Shown piece by piece: positions 41,501-55,287 of a DNA stretch of 64,000 bases. The notes under the pieces were generated by a model. That model was not told the origin of the DNA. It was given only the letters and a program-made list of their open reading frames with translations, and made no database searches. Each line of letters begins with the position of its first letter. The first letter of the stretch is position 1. Source of the DNA: Octopus vulgaris (taxonomy: Eukaryota); assembly GCA_951406725.2 (NCBI GenBank), contig OX597831.1:81654001-81718000 (forward strand), read 5' to 3'. Made by a program: the position numbers and the translations under genes.

Positions 41501-42290
41501 GAAGCATTAACTGTTCGGGATAAGCTCTACAGACACGGTTCCAGACACACTGGACCGACTTGCCCGAGATGCGGTCAGAGCGACGAAACCGTTCTGCACG
41601 CACTCGTGCAGTGTCCAACCATTTCAGACCTGTGGGCTTATGCCGAACGGCTGCTGTCACGTGTGGACGAGTCCGCCTGTCGGTCGAGTCTATCGGGGAA
41701 ATTGCACCACCCCCTTCCCTCAACCGGGAAGGCAAGGCAGTCTTCATCGTACTGGTAGCTATGGTGAAAGAATGTGTGTGGTGGACTCGAGCGAAAGGAT
41801 TAGAGACAAACACCTTACCTCTCTGGCCAATCGCTCATCAACTTTTCAAGAACCACTTGAAAACGAAGGTGAGAATGGAGAGGGAAGTTTTGTCTCGCGA
41901 AAGATTCAAAAAAAGATGGGTGAATGTTGGAAAGATGGTGCGTGCGAGTGACGAAACAATTTTGAGCATGACCCTGTAAATCGTAAAAAAGAGACAGAGA
42001 GAGCATTTTGCTCTCATGTGGTTATTCCTCCCTGACTGAGGTTCCCGTGGTCTTTTCTGTAGGCTTTTCTTCCCACGGATGAACCCAGTCTTGTTTTATC
42101 AATGTTTTTTTTTTTTTTTAAAGTGTTTCTGTGATACACGATTCCTTTTTTTTCCCTTTTTTTTCTCTCGATCCCTTTTGATCAAAATCTTACATTTATT
42201 TTCCTTTTTCTTTTCCACCCTCGAAAAGAAAAGCTCTACATTTGTATTTGTCCCCTCTGTATTCAGCCCTGTGTGGCTAATAAAAGAAAG
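38514..42290 (+). mobile_element. Tx1/L1-clade LINE, copy 2: frameshifted ORF2 (APE endonuclease, RT, zinc finger) and 3' UTR
   Basis: IGSINVRGL, LAISET, AVYAP, LVGDWN, YLDRV, GYWKLN, KSPGLDGLPYEFY, YADD at 40601-40612; ends into (TATC)n. Confidence 0.92.
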
Positions 42291-42312
42291 TTATCTATCT
42301 ATCTATCCATCC

Positions 42313-42470
<158 letters not shown>

Positions 42471-43055
42471 GTCTGTCTGTCTGTCTGTATGTCTGTCTGT
42501 ATGTCTGTATGTCTGTCTGTCTGTCTGTCTGCTTATCTATCTACACACGCACACACACACATATTGTTTTCCATCAACAGAAGTTACCAAGTGCCTTAAC
42601 GATCCACAATCTCGTGCAATGTTATTATAGACGGTCTGACTTACAGTGATAATTATAATTCTCTCGGGATCATTCGAGAAAAATTAGAATTTGAGGGTCA
42701 CGTGAATAATGTATATTTTTTTCAAACAGTCTGATTCCCAAAACGTATTTTTGTCTATGTTTATATATGTGCGTGTATTCATGCGTGTACATGTATGTAT
42801 ATATGTACATGGGTATATAAATACGCGCGCGTATGTGTATAGGTGTGTGTGTGAGTAAGTGTTTGTGTTTGTCTGCGTGTGTGATTCTATGCATACTGTC
42901 TCTCGTATTTTAAATGAAAAATATGAAATAAAATATATAGAATACAAGAGACAGCATGCATATAGTCACACATATACATACACACCCATAGACACATACA
43001 CACACATGCACAAAATCATATATATATAAATATATATACACACACATACATATAT

Positions 43056-43114
<59 letters not shown>

Positions 43115-43143
43115 TGTATGTATGTATGTATGTATGTATATGT

Positions 43144-43521
43144 ATATTCTGTTGTGTCTGGAGAGAGAGTCATTGCCATTTGGTGCCTGATTACTTAACA
43201 CACGCACCGGTAAAATTTCCACTCGTTAACTAATTTATTTTTCTAAAATTTTCTTTGCGTCTTGAAACCTTTTCAATATTTGTTGACTCCGTTCGTTATT
43301 CAAGCTGCGTTCTCTCTTGAATAACGAACGTAGTCAACAAATATTAAAAAGGTTTCAAGACGCGACGAAAATTTTAGAAAAATAAATTAGTTAACGAGTG
43401 GAAATCTTACCGGTTAAGTAATCAGGCACCAAAAGAGAATGACTCTCCCCAGACACAACAGAATATGCTTCAACACACGAACTCATATAAAGAATCTTGC
43501 AAACCAAATCCCAAAACGAAA
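43144..43521 (+). mobile_element. Fold-back element, family C (copy 2)
   Basis: Arms 43144-43304 and 43316-43465, 11-nt loop, unduplicated tail ~43466-43521, TA/GTAT flanks. Confidence 0.72.
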
Positions 43522-43618
43522 TATACATATATGTATATACATACATACACACATACACACACATAATAATCATACTTATATCTATAAACAAATATATACA
43601 CTTATGTATGTTTATATG

Positions 43619-43659
<41 letters not shown>

Positions 43660-43926
43660 GTTGTGTGTGTTTGTATTTATTGATATATATACATAGAAGC
43701 ATGAATATATTTATATATAAAAAACTATGTGCGTGAGTGCGTTTGAATTATGGTGTGTGAGTGTGTGCGTGTGTTTGGGTGCGTGTGTGCGCGTGCGTCT
43801 GTGTGTAAAGACATGATTAAATAACAATGATGTACTTGTAGCCAATAAATACTAATATTTCGGTTCATCCTTTATTTCTAAACACTTCATTATTTCATCG
43901 TGTTGTTGACGGATATACATACATAC

Positions 43927-43964
<38 letters not shown>

Positions 43965-44202
43965 TAGAGAGGTGGGGGTCGATTCGTGTTTTTTTCTTTT
44001 TTTTTCTTATTGAAGGGAAGCGGAAACGGTATGGCGGATCTAAGTTGTAACGGCTGAATTGAACCAGAAGCGAAAAAACATTAAAGGAACTGAACAAAAA
44101 CTATTGAAAAATTACTGGAACAAATAAATAGGAAAATACGAGGACGTTTATACTGATCTCTCTTTTCCCTCTTTCTCTCTCACTCTTTCTCTTTCTCCAC
44201 GC

Positions 44203-44260
<58 letters not shown>

Positions 44261-44900
44261 GTATACCATATATACTTGAATTGGCAACAACAATGTACAA
44301 TACGAAGAAAGACACGGAACGTCGTTGTAAAAACATTCGCCCCAAACAGATAAACAGCCGGGCTTTGCTCGTTAAACGTTTCAAAACAAAACATTTCTTT
44401 CTCTTGTGTCAATATATTTTGTGATGATTCGCCTTAAATCGTTATTAATTTCACGCTGTGCTGGTCACAATCCAATTTATAAACTCTTGTGTGTATTTAC
44501 AGTATGACGGCAACAAACATCTTTGTTACTAGTTTTATATGTAAAAAACACAAATTATCAATTGATCAAAGTCAGTTTTGGGGCGATGATCACTCTCTGC
44601 CGATCAGCTCCAATAACATCGAAACATCCACAACTGTTACCTTACAGAAAATAAATCTCAAATATTTCTCTAAATCTCTGAAGAAGTTTTCAAAACTAAA
44701 TTTCTTTCTTTAGAAATTATCATCCCTTTACTTTCCAATGACAATTAGCAAATGGGTTTTACTCAGATTTCTCATATAAACAAGTAAATTTCAATTCCTT
44801 GCCATTCCCTGCACCACCTTTTAAATATAGTTGTCCAATTTTATGCCTTTGACGTCATTGGTTTACTTGAGTAATCTCCCTTACTACATTTTACTTTATG

Positions 44901-45122
44901 CAGTAATCCCTAGACTATCGCGACTATTACATTCCAAAACCACGCGCGATAGTTAAATATCCGCGAAGTACAAACAGTACGGTACTGTATATTTTTCATA
45001 TTATTTTTATAATTTGTATATATCTATTTTATTATGAATGCAAAACAACACCACGGAGGAATCGACAGAAGCTTAAATAATAAACCGCGATAGATGAACC
45101 GCGATATGGTGAGGGATTCCAG
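44901..45122. mobile_element. pogo/Tigger-type MITE
   Basis: TIRs CAGTAATCCCTAGACTATCGCG / CGCGATATGGTGAGGGATTCCAG; TA on the right flank, TG on the left. Confidence 0.68.
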
Positions 45123-45324
45123 TATTCGCTTTATATACTGAAAGTTTGTACTGAATTTCAATATGAAGCCATGTGACTGTACATTATATATAGAGTACAT
45201 ATATGTGCATATACATGCGCATATATATATACAGAGAGGGCGAGAGATAGCGAGATAAAGAGAGAGAGAGAAAGTGAGAGAGTGAGAGAGAAAGAGGTAT
45301 ATATACATATATACATATACATAC

Positions 45325-45361
<37 letters not shown>

Positions 45362-45786
45362 TACACACACACACATACACACATATAATTTGATTGATTG
45401 AATGAATGTGGTTAATAAGCTTTCGCTTTTATGTTGTTCTGTGGAAGACGGTAGGAAATATAATGTTTGTATGACTTAATGGATTGGTCACTGTTTAGTT
45501 ACGTATTTAGGAGTTGGTTGTAATTTACTTATTGAATTTATTTACCGATACAGTTGTACATTGGGTAAATGTGTTTGAAAGTTGTGGTGTCTTTGTTTTG
45601 TTTTGTTTTTTGTTCCCAAACAACATTTATTTTAGTGTTGTTGACGCGCCGGATTGAATGGTACTGCACAGGTGTCGAAACCATAATGCTATCCGTGGGG
45701 CAGCTGAAGAATGAATGTATGTTGGATTGTTGTTATAGCTGTTTTTGTGTATATGGAATAGTATCATAACAGATCCTTTTGATATA

Positions 45787-46272
45787 TATATAAGAATTTT
45801 TTGCGTAATGAGATTAAAAAAATCAAGGCTGTGTAGATATTAGAACATTTATAGATAGAAGGTCTTACAGCTGTTTCTAGGATATTTATTAATAATATCC
45901 CTTCATCGGAGACGGTGTGAGAGGATAGTTAAGTCAGTTAGTTTAGATGTGATACAAAATATTACATCTAAACTAACTGACTTAACTATCCTCTCACACC
46001 GTCTCCGATGAAGGGATATTATTAATAAATATCCTAGAAACAGCTGTAAGACCTTCTATCTATAAATGTTCTAATATCTACACAGCCTTGATTTTTTTTA
46101 TCTCATTATGCAAAAAATTCTTATATACACACGCTGACATAGAACCAAAGATGAACCCCTTATTCGCAAAATTACCGAACCTGGAACTTAACTATGGTCT
46201 GTCTATATCACTTATTCAGCATTACCTGACACCTTTGGGTCTCAATGACAAAATTACCTCTTATAACCTCAA
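45787..46272 (+). mobile_element. Fold-back Penelope-like element, family A (near-perfect arms)
   Basis: Arms 45787-45950 and 45964-46127 almost identical, 13-nt loop, tail 46128-46272, TA-rich flanks. Confidence 0.85.
46001..46052 (+). ncRNA. Type I hammerhead ribozyme motif (CCGAUGA variant); mirror copy at 45862-45913 (-)
   Basis: GUCU-CCGAUGA-A-GGGAUAUU(AUUAAUA)AAUAUCCU-A-GAAA-CAGCUG-UA-AGAC. Confidence 0.72.
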
Positions 46273-46429
46273 TATAAATATTTATATATATGTATGTATT
46301 TATATATATATGTATATATATATCCATCCATCCATACATACATACATCTTGGATCATATGTGTAATGAGTAAAGGCCGACCTGGGGTTAAACGGCAAAAC
46401 GACGACGTTACGGTGTTGGTTTGGTAACA

Positions 46430-46656
46430 AGGGCGAGCTGGCAGAATGGTTAACACACCGGGCGAAATGCGTCGCCGTATTTCGTCAGCCGCTACGTTCT
46501 GAGTTCAAATTCCGCCGAGGTCGACTTTACCTTTCATCCTTTCGGGGTCGATTAAATAAGTACCAGTTACGCACTGGGGTCGATGTAATTGACTTAATCC
46601 GTTTGTCTGTCCTTGTTCGTCCTCTCTGTGTTTAGCCCCTTGTGGGTAGTAAACAA
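46430..46656 (+). mobile_element. Full-length S1 SINE with Tx1-type tail
   Basis: GGCGAGCTGGCAGAATGG A-box region, GAGTTCAAATTCC B-box, Nin-like core, tail as at 7543. Confidence 0.87.
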
Positions 46657-46880
46657 ACAGGTTTGGTAACACTGTATATGAGTATAGGTGAGTGTGTGTG
46701 TATATGTGTGTGTATGCATGTGTGTGTGTGTGAGTGCAAATACGAATACACAAGTATGTAATTTAGCGAGTAACAACAATACTATAGAAACACACCTACA
46801 AGTGCCTATGCGTATATGTGTACACAAACACACGCATGTATGTACACGTGTGTGCAAGCGTGCATGCATTTCTACCTGTG

Positions 46881-46911
<31 letters not shown>

Positions 46912-46932
46912 TTGTAAGTCTTTATATGTATA

Positions 46933-47013
<81 letters not shown>

Positions 47014-47276
47014 ATATATATATAATGCTTTTGACCTACCTGTTATATCAATTATGCATTGATATAAGTTGTTCAATAAAGCCCGAAACATATGTACCGC
47101 AGAATCCTTTGCGTCCTGTTTTTCTTTTGATACATATATCCTATCACCTATACCATTAGCTGGCATATACAGGTGCTTACAGTTATCAAGTATTCACCCT
47201 GAATTTTATATATATATATATATATATATGTTTGTATACACATATACGTAACTCTTTACATGAATATATATATATG

Positions 47277-47323
<47 letters not shown>

Positions 47324-47641
47324 GTGTGGGTGTGTGGGTGTGCTTCTGAATAGTTCTGGGCACGCAGGTGTGCATGCAGGTGTATATACACACAGAGACA
47401 CAAGTTTATATATACGCGTGCACACACACACACGCACGTACACACACGCACACGCACACACACACATACACACACACACGCACACAAATATATATACCTG
47501 TGTCAAAATATTCATTTCTACTCTTACGTGCGTAATTGGAGCTGTTTGAGAAGAACGCTGCAGCGTAGCGGTGATGTGCGTACACCTGTGTATATGTGGG
47601 GTCGTGTATGTATATATATGCGTATGTGCGTCCATACATGT

Positions 47642-47683
<42 letters not shown>

Positions 47684-47848
47684 AAGTGCGTGCGCGCGCT
47701 TTTAATTGGTACCTTATAAAGAATAACACCACAGAATCTTCCCTGGCTATATATACGCTTGGCATTTTTGTATATATGTCCCTGAATGGCTCTTTTTAAT
47801 AAACTACACTCTCCTCTATTTGTATAAACCTATATACCCCCCCCACAC

Positions 47849-47921
<73 letters not shown>

Positions 47922-48077
47922 CACACACACACACGCACACAGATATTTGTGTCTATCTATTTCTCTCTCTCTCTCACTGTACTTCTCTCTGCCTTTGCCA
48001 CGTAAGCGTCTTTGGTCTTTCTGTGTGCGTGGGGGGTGTTTGTGTCTTATTATGCATACGTGCATGTGTGTGTGTAC

Positions 48078-48171
<94 letters not shown>

Positions 48172-48195
48172 CTCCATCCATCCATCCATCCATCC

Positions 48196-48253
<58 letters not shown>

Positions 48254-48254
48254 A

Positions 48255-48310
<56 letters not shown>

Positions 48311-48312
48311 CA

Positions 48313-48347
<35 letters not shown>

Positions 48348-48385
48348 CCATCCATCCATCCATCCATCCATCCATCCATCCATCC

Positions 48386-48460
<75 letters not shown>

Positions 48461-48461
<1 letters not shown>

Positions 48462-48682
48462 GCTGGCAGAAACGTTAGCGCACAGGGCGAAATGCTTAGC
48501 GGTATTTCATCTGTCGTTACGTTCTGAGTTCAAATTCCGCTGATGTCGACTTTGCCTTTCATCATTTCGGGGTCGATAAATAAAGTACCAGTTTCGCACT
48601 GGGGTCGATGTAATCGACCTAATCCCTTTGTCTGTCCTTTTTGCCCCCTCTATTTTTAGCCCCTTGTGGTTAGTAAAGAAAT
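48461..48682 (+). mobile_element. S1 SINE with Tx1-type tail inserted in (TATC)n
   Basis: Same family as 46430; TATC repeats on both flanks. Confidence 0.87.
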
Positions 48683-48741
48683 ATATCTATCTATCTGTCT
48701 ATCTAACTATCCATCTCTCTCTCTCTCTCTGTCTCTCTCTG

Positions 48742-48780
<39 letters not shown>

Positions 48781-48909
48781 ATATATACATACAGACGACG
48801 GGCTATAGTAGAAGATATACATGTCCATGGGGCTTCGCAAATCGACTGAACCTGGCCCACGTGGCTGGGAAGCAAACCTCTTAACACACAGCCAAACCTG
48901 TGCCTATTC

Positions 48910-50138
48910 TCTTTTATTTCAAGATTTCTTGCCAATAGAGAAAGAGTCGGTTTCTAACCTCGGTCCAAGACTCCTTCGTAGGAATTTCACAATTTCAATA
49001 ATATCAGCAGGGTATGTATGTATGTATGTATGTATGTATGTATGTATGTATGTATGTATGTATGTATGTATGTATGTATGTATGTATGTATGTATGTATG
49101 TATGTATGTATGTATGTATGTATGTATGTATGTATGCATGTATGTATGTATGTATGTATGTATGTATGCATGTACGTATGTATGTATGTATGTATGTATG
49201 TATGTATGTATGTATGTATGTATGTGTGTGTGCATGTACGTATGTATGTATGTATGTATGTATGTATGTATGTATGTATGCATGTATGTATGTATGTATG
49301 TATGTATGTGTGTGTGTGTGCATGTACGTATGTATGTATGTATGTATGTATGTATGTATGTATGTATGCATGCATGTATGTATGTATGTATGTATGTATG
49401 TATGTATGTATGTATGTATGTATGTATGTATGTATGTATGTATGTATGCATGTATGTATGTATGTATGTATGTATGCATGTATGTATGTAAGTATGTATG
49501 TATGTATGTATGTATGTATGTATGTATGTATGTATGTATGTATGTATGTATGTATGTATGTATGTATGTATGTATGTATGTATGTATGTATGTATGCATG
49601 TATGTATGTATGTATGTATGTATGTATGTATGTATGTATGCATGTATGTATGTATGCATGTATGTATGTAAGTATGTATGTATGTATGTATGTATGTATG
49701 TATGTATGTATGTATGTATGTATGTATGTATGCATGTATGTATGTAAGTATGCATTCTCATGCCTATAAGTTGCATGTCTAAACATGCTCTTATAAACTT
49801 AAGTGATAAATTTTTGGAAAGTTTTCCAGATTTTTACAGTTCCAGTGATAGATTGGTTCGGTAGTCTTCGAACCAGCTTTCTCTTTTCTGATTTTGAGAA
49901 GCCTAATTTCTCAAGATTGGTATTTAGGCAGTGTATTACATATCCCACTGTCCCAAATAAGTACAGATATTAACCTGAAAAGGATAGTTTCTGTAGATCT
50001 TTTGTGTTAACATCTTTGGACAGCTGTTTTCCGCAACTGTACACAGTTTCTCTTCTTTTATCCCAAATCACTATGTCAGGTCTATTATTATGTTTACATT
50101 TTATTGAGGTTTTCACTGGGGCATTCTACCAGTACTCC
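48910..50138 (-). mobile_element. 3' end of an RLE-type non-LTR retrotransposon split by a (GTAT)n array
   Basis: Minus strand [32 protein letters not shown]...SCP...LEKLGFS...ITGTVKIWKTF. Confidence 0.68.
49012..49751. repeat. ~740 bp (GTAT)n array
   Basis: Directly visible. Confidence 0.98.
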
Positions 50139-50220
50139 TTTATATATATATATGTATGTATGTATATCATGCATATGCATGTATATCTATATCTATGTCT
50201 ACATCTATATCTATATCTAC

Positions 50221-50253
<33 letters not shown>

Positions 50254-50317
50254 TACATATGTATATATACATATATACATATATATACATGTATATATAT
50301 ACATATATGCATATATG

Positions 50318-50363
<46 letters not shown>

Positions 50364-50364
<1 letters not shown>

Positions 50365-50879
50365 GAGGGTGAGTCAAAAAGTAATGCCATTTTGTTAAGG
50401 ACAGGTATATTTACTAACACAGGAACATGTAGCATACATTAAAATGAAGTTGGTCTTCTGTGGATCACATCCCTACTTCTCAACATAGTCACCGTTTCTC
50501 TCAATAGCAATGTTCCACCTTCGAATGAGAGCATGTATCCCTGCCCTGTAAAATTCTGTTGACTGTTCTTTGAGCCACTTCTTCACTACAGTTTTCACTT
50601 CCTCGTCACTGGAATAATGTTTGCCTCTCAAACCCTCTTTCGTGGCGCCAAAGAGATGATAGTCTGAAGGCGCTAAGTCTGGTGAGTGTGGAGATAGTGA
50701 AGAAGTGGCTCAAAGAACTGTCAACAGAATTTTACGGGGCAGGGATACATACTCTCATTCGAGAGAAACGGTGACTATGTTGGGAAGTAGAGATGTGATC
50801 CACATGTATGATACATGTTCCTGTGTTAGTAAGTATACCTGTCCTAAACAAAATGGCATTACTTTTTGACACACTCTCT
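50364..50879. mobile_element. Mariner-derived MITE built from two inverted 3' ends
   Basis: Long inverted arms (GTCAAAAAGTAATGCCATTTTG / CAAAATGGCATTACTTTTTGAC); minus strand reads PHSPDLAPSDYHLFG...LRGKHYSSDEEVK...W-x-x-x-IERNGDYVEK*. Confidence 0.88.
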
Positions 50880-50910
<31 letters not shown>

Positions 50911-51026
50911 ATGTGTGTGTGTTCTTTTACTTCTTCTAACCATTGGACTGTATATATGTACATATGTACACACAAACACACACACACACACATACACACA
51001 CACATACAAGCGGATACACAGACACA

Positions 51027-51069
<43 letters not shown>

Positions 51070-51215
51070 ACACACACATGCATGCCCTTATACACATACA
51101 TATTTAATTTAAACGCTAGCACACATTGCGCATTTTAATTCTCACTCGTAACCAAACCACTAAACAGAAACTAAATGGTGATCCACAAGACAAGTTAATT
51201 CTGAGTCTTGATTGA

Positions 51216-51272
<57 letters not shown>

Positions 51273-51369
51273 ACGGCGGATCTAGTATCCCAGAATTACT
51301 CTGGACTTTCTCTTAAGTTACACGATTCTTCAGACATGAAAAACCAGTTTTACGAAATTCTATCGCTGG

Positions 51370-51525
<156 letters not shown>

Positions 51526-51905
51526 CTATCTGTTTGTTAGTCTGTCTGTCTATCTATTGTATTATATACAGAGAAAGAACGAGAAAGTAAAAGAGAGAGA
51601 GAGAGATAGACAGTAGACAGACAGCAGACAGACAGACGGACAGATAAACAGACAGACAGACAGATAGATAGATATGCATACATATATATGTGTGTGTGTG
51701 TGTGTGTGTCTGTGTGTGTATCTGTATACTTATGCAGATATAAATATATTGATATATACACACATATATACTATCAAACACACATAGGTATTTTTAAAAC
51801 CCGTGCATGTACACCTATAGAAAGCCAGATGGAATCAGCTCACCAGAAGGGAAATAGGTAAGAATAAAAAGTAAGGAGAATAACAGGTACAAAACGGAGT
51901 CATAT

Positions 51906-52238
51906 TTCATTTTGGCGCGCCAAAATATCTGAAATAATTCTGCAGAAAATAATTCTCTGCAGTGTTAAGACCATAGGTGGTCGTCCTCTAGCATAATGGA
52001 TGTCCACTTAGTGGTCATCCTTCTTATAAGTATGTAATACAATTTTTCTGAATCTTCAGATTTTTCAATATGCTAGGCCACTGGTTTTAAATTGATATTA
52101 ATCAAATTAATTTTCAATTTTTCACCCTTATTACTTTAGATTTAAATTTAAATAACTATGTTCTCTAACTGGCAAAATTCACTGCAGAGAATTATTTTCT
52201 GCAGAATTATTTCCGGTATTTTGGCGCGCCAAAACGAA
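51906..52238. repeat. ~59-bp inverted repeat pair (MITE-like)
   Basis: 51906-51964 is the near reverse complement of 52180-52238. Confidence 0.7.
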
Positions 52239-52428
52239 GACTTTTGAAATATAACCCCAAATGTAATTGGTAAAGCTATATGCATGTTCAATCTCATGCG
52301 GACGTTTCGTGTATATTTTGCTATGACGATCACACTGACGAGTTGCGGACATTCTACGTAAGTGGCAACAACGAAACTGGTTTGGGATTAATCTCTGTAT
52401 TTTGCATTTTTTCATTTGTCTTGCTCGC

Positions 52429-53285
52429 TTACGTTCTGGCGTTTGCTAAATTTTCTTGAGAACATTCCCTTCTTAGTGGTAAGACTAAGAATTCAAAAGA
52501 ATTCAACTTGATTATGGCTTGAAGATAACAACTTACTGAAAGTGATTGCCTTTAGCTTCTACTGCGTCCTCAAGACGGTTCCAAAATCTGATGCATGCGT
52601 TTCTTTGTGTATTCCTGGGGAAGGTCTTGGAAGGTTTCTTTGATCTTGGCCACCAGTTCGGTTTTGGTGCTGGAGACAGAGAGGTTGGTGTCTTTCTCGA
52701 CCGCGTATCACGCATAGTAATCACGGAATTGCAATCTGGGGAACTAGGAGGCCAGAAATTGGGGCTTTTGTGAAGTGGTAGAAATTCTCCGACAACACAT
52801 TTGACTCTTTCCGAAGCTATGGCAAGAAGCCAAATCCTGCTGCTGCTGCTGCACATATGGCCTCCCAGAAGCAATCCTGTCCAGCCTGGGATTGACCCAC
52901 TCTCGATTAACTTCGCAGTTGTCTGAAGTGAGCTTACAGCCCTGTTCGAAAATGTGCGCCTGTTGCGTCCCTTCTTACTGGGCATGGCTTCGTCGTTTCC
53001 TTTGCAGCTGTCCATGTCATGTCTTACAGCCTTTACTTTGTTCGTAGATCATTGAGCAGCATTCAAGATGTCGGCATTTTGATACTCGGCGTGAATTATC
53101 ATAATACAAGTAATTCTTTTCCTATATTCAGATGGCTTCCAGTCTTCCATGTCAGCTAACTTTTTCTCAACTACAACTTTTATCTTTATGCTCTCCAACG
53201 CCGTTGACTGTTCACTCATACATTAAGCTGTTCCTGAGAAAAGGAAGCATAAAACTTCATCAAATTTAGCCCGAACACTCAGTAT
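52429..53285 (-). mobile_element. Internally deleted Tc1/maT-like transposon relic
   Basis: QQDLASCH, FWPPSSPDCN and ACIRFWNRLEDAVEAKGNHFQ* motifs; degenerate TIRs sharing GCTAAATTT. Confidence 0.72.
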
Positions 53286-53449
53286 GCATGTGCGTATGTC
53301 AATATGCACACGAATATATACATATGCATATTTATATGTACAAGGATCATCTATATATATATATATATATGTATATATACACACACACACATACACACAC
53401 GCACGTACACACACACACACATACATACGTACAGACACACACATATATA

Positions 53450-53507
<58 letters not shown>

Positions 53508-54118
53508 AGTATCTGAACAGAAAATGAGGAAAACAGACGACTTCCATCCGACACTTCAGGAAATGAAAATCGGTTGTAAAGGGAGATAAGTCATAACAGT
53601 TGAAGATTGTTGTGGCCGATAACTAAATTTAGTGAGTTTGACCAGGAATGACATCAAACTACTTCAAGGTGAACAAAATATCTTAATCAACCCTTACTTG
53701 GTGACTCAGTCCAATATTTAATCAAAGACTAAATCTTTTGATTTGTTAACCAGCTAACACACATCTTGTTCCACCATTTTACTTTTTATTCAAACGTCCC
53801 TTATTTTTTCCTTTCCTCTATTTTATCTTCCATTTTTTATTTGGGTTGTTTTTCTTCGAATTGTTTTCTTTGAATTGTTTTTGTTTTGTTTCCTATTTTC
53901 TCCATAATTAATTCATCTTTTTTTCCTTATTTCTTCATTCTTCATTTCTTTAGTTTTTTTTCTGTTTCTTCCTTTCTCTTTCTTTCCTCGTTCTTTCACT
54001 TTTCTTCCTCTCTTTTCCTCTCATTCCGCTTTCCTCTCATTTTGTCATCTTTTTCTCTCATTTGTTAATTCATTTATTCATTCTTTTTTCTTTCCTTATT
54101 TCTTCTTTCTTTCTCTTT

Positions 54119-54170
<52 letters not shown>

Positions 54171-54624
54171 TCCCTCTCTCCACTGTCTCTCTCTCATTGT
54201 CTCTCTTTTTCTCATTCTCTTTCTTTCTCTCACTCTTTTTCTCATTCTCTTTCTTTCTCTCACTCTTTTTCTCATTCTCTTTTACTCTTCTATCCCTCAA
54301 CGTTCTCTCTTTCCTTATTTCATTTTCTTCCCAGACGTTCTCTCTGCTTTCTGATTCCCAATTATCATTTTTAGGGGCCATCTTTTACCAAACACGTCAC
54401 AGCAAAGGACAATATACCGTGTGATGCTGAGTTACATCTCTCTGCATTCTCAGTTCAAATCCTGCCTCGCCCAACTCTGCCTTTCACCCTTCTGGCTTCC
54501 ATGAAATACCGTTCCACATAAATGCATTCTTCTCCTCTCTACTACTGTCCTTGTGTCACGTAAGTTATTGTCATCATCATCATCATCATCGTCGTCGTCG
54601 TCATCGTCATCATCATCATCATCA

Positions 54625-54704
<80 letters not shown>

Positions 54705-54744
54705 ATCATTTGGTGCCTTCCTGAGCTAGTGTTCCACCACATTT

Positions 54745-55015
54745 CTTAAAAATCGTGGCAGAGGCCTTGGTCTCAGGACCACTCATTTCTAGAAACTGAG
54801 GATGAGGGTAAGCAAGGGCATGCTCCCTGTAGACAATCCGGCTCCAAAAAAGCGTCATGGCAGCAAGATAGAATGGACACCAGCCAGCCCTAAGGTTGGG
54901 GTCGGCTGCACCTGCCTACCTCGGTTGCTATGGCATTGAGGTAGATCCGGCCACTCCCATTAACGGGAGACAAAACCCGGATTTAAATCACTGGATGATG
55001 ATGATGATGATGATG
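54745..55015 (+). mobile_element. Possible RTE-associated short retroposon ending in (GAT)n
   Basis: GC-richer island with GGGTAAGCAAGGGCATGCTCCCTGTA running into a TGGATGATGATG tail; family assignment is inference. Confidence 0.35.
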
Positions 55016-55233
55016 ATTATCATTATTATTATTATTACTAGCTGACCCCGTGCCGTCAAAGGTGACGGCTAATTGTAGCATTTATATATATATAAAGGGT
55101 ACAAAAACATGAAAACAAGATCAAACAGTGCTTCAACTACGTATGTGTTTGTAATTTTATTTTCTATGTATCTTTCTAAATGAACATACATAAACACATA
55201 TACGCTCACTCAAATACATAAACATATTTTACA

Positions 55234-55287
<54 letters not shown>

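Noticed and set aside
48821-49786. ORFs of 218-308 aa (MYVC/HTYI repeats)
   Set aside because: Stop-free (GTAT)n array, not a gene.
54195-54285. 30-bp direct repeats, CRISPR-like at a glance
   Set aside because: Tandem pyrimidine-rich units with no spacers and no cas genes, in a eukaryotic context.
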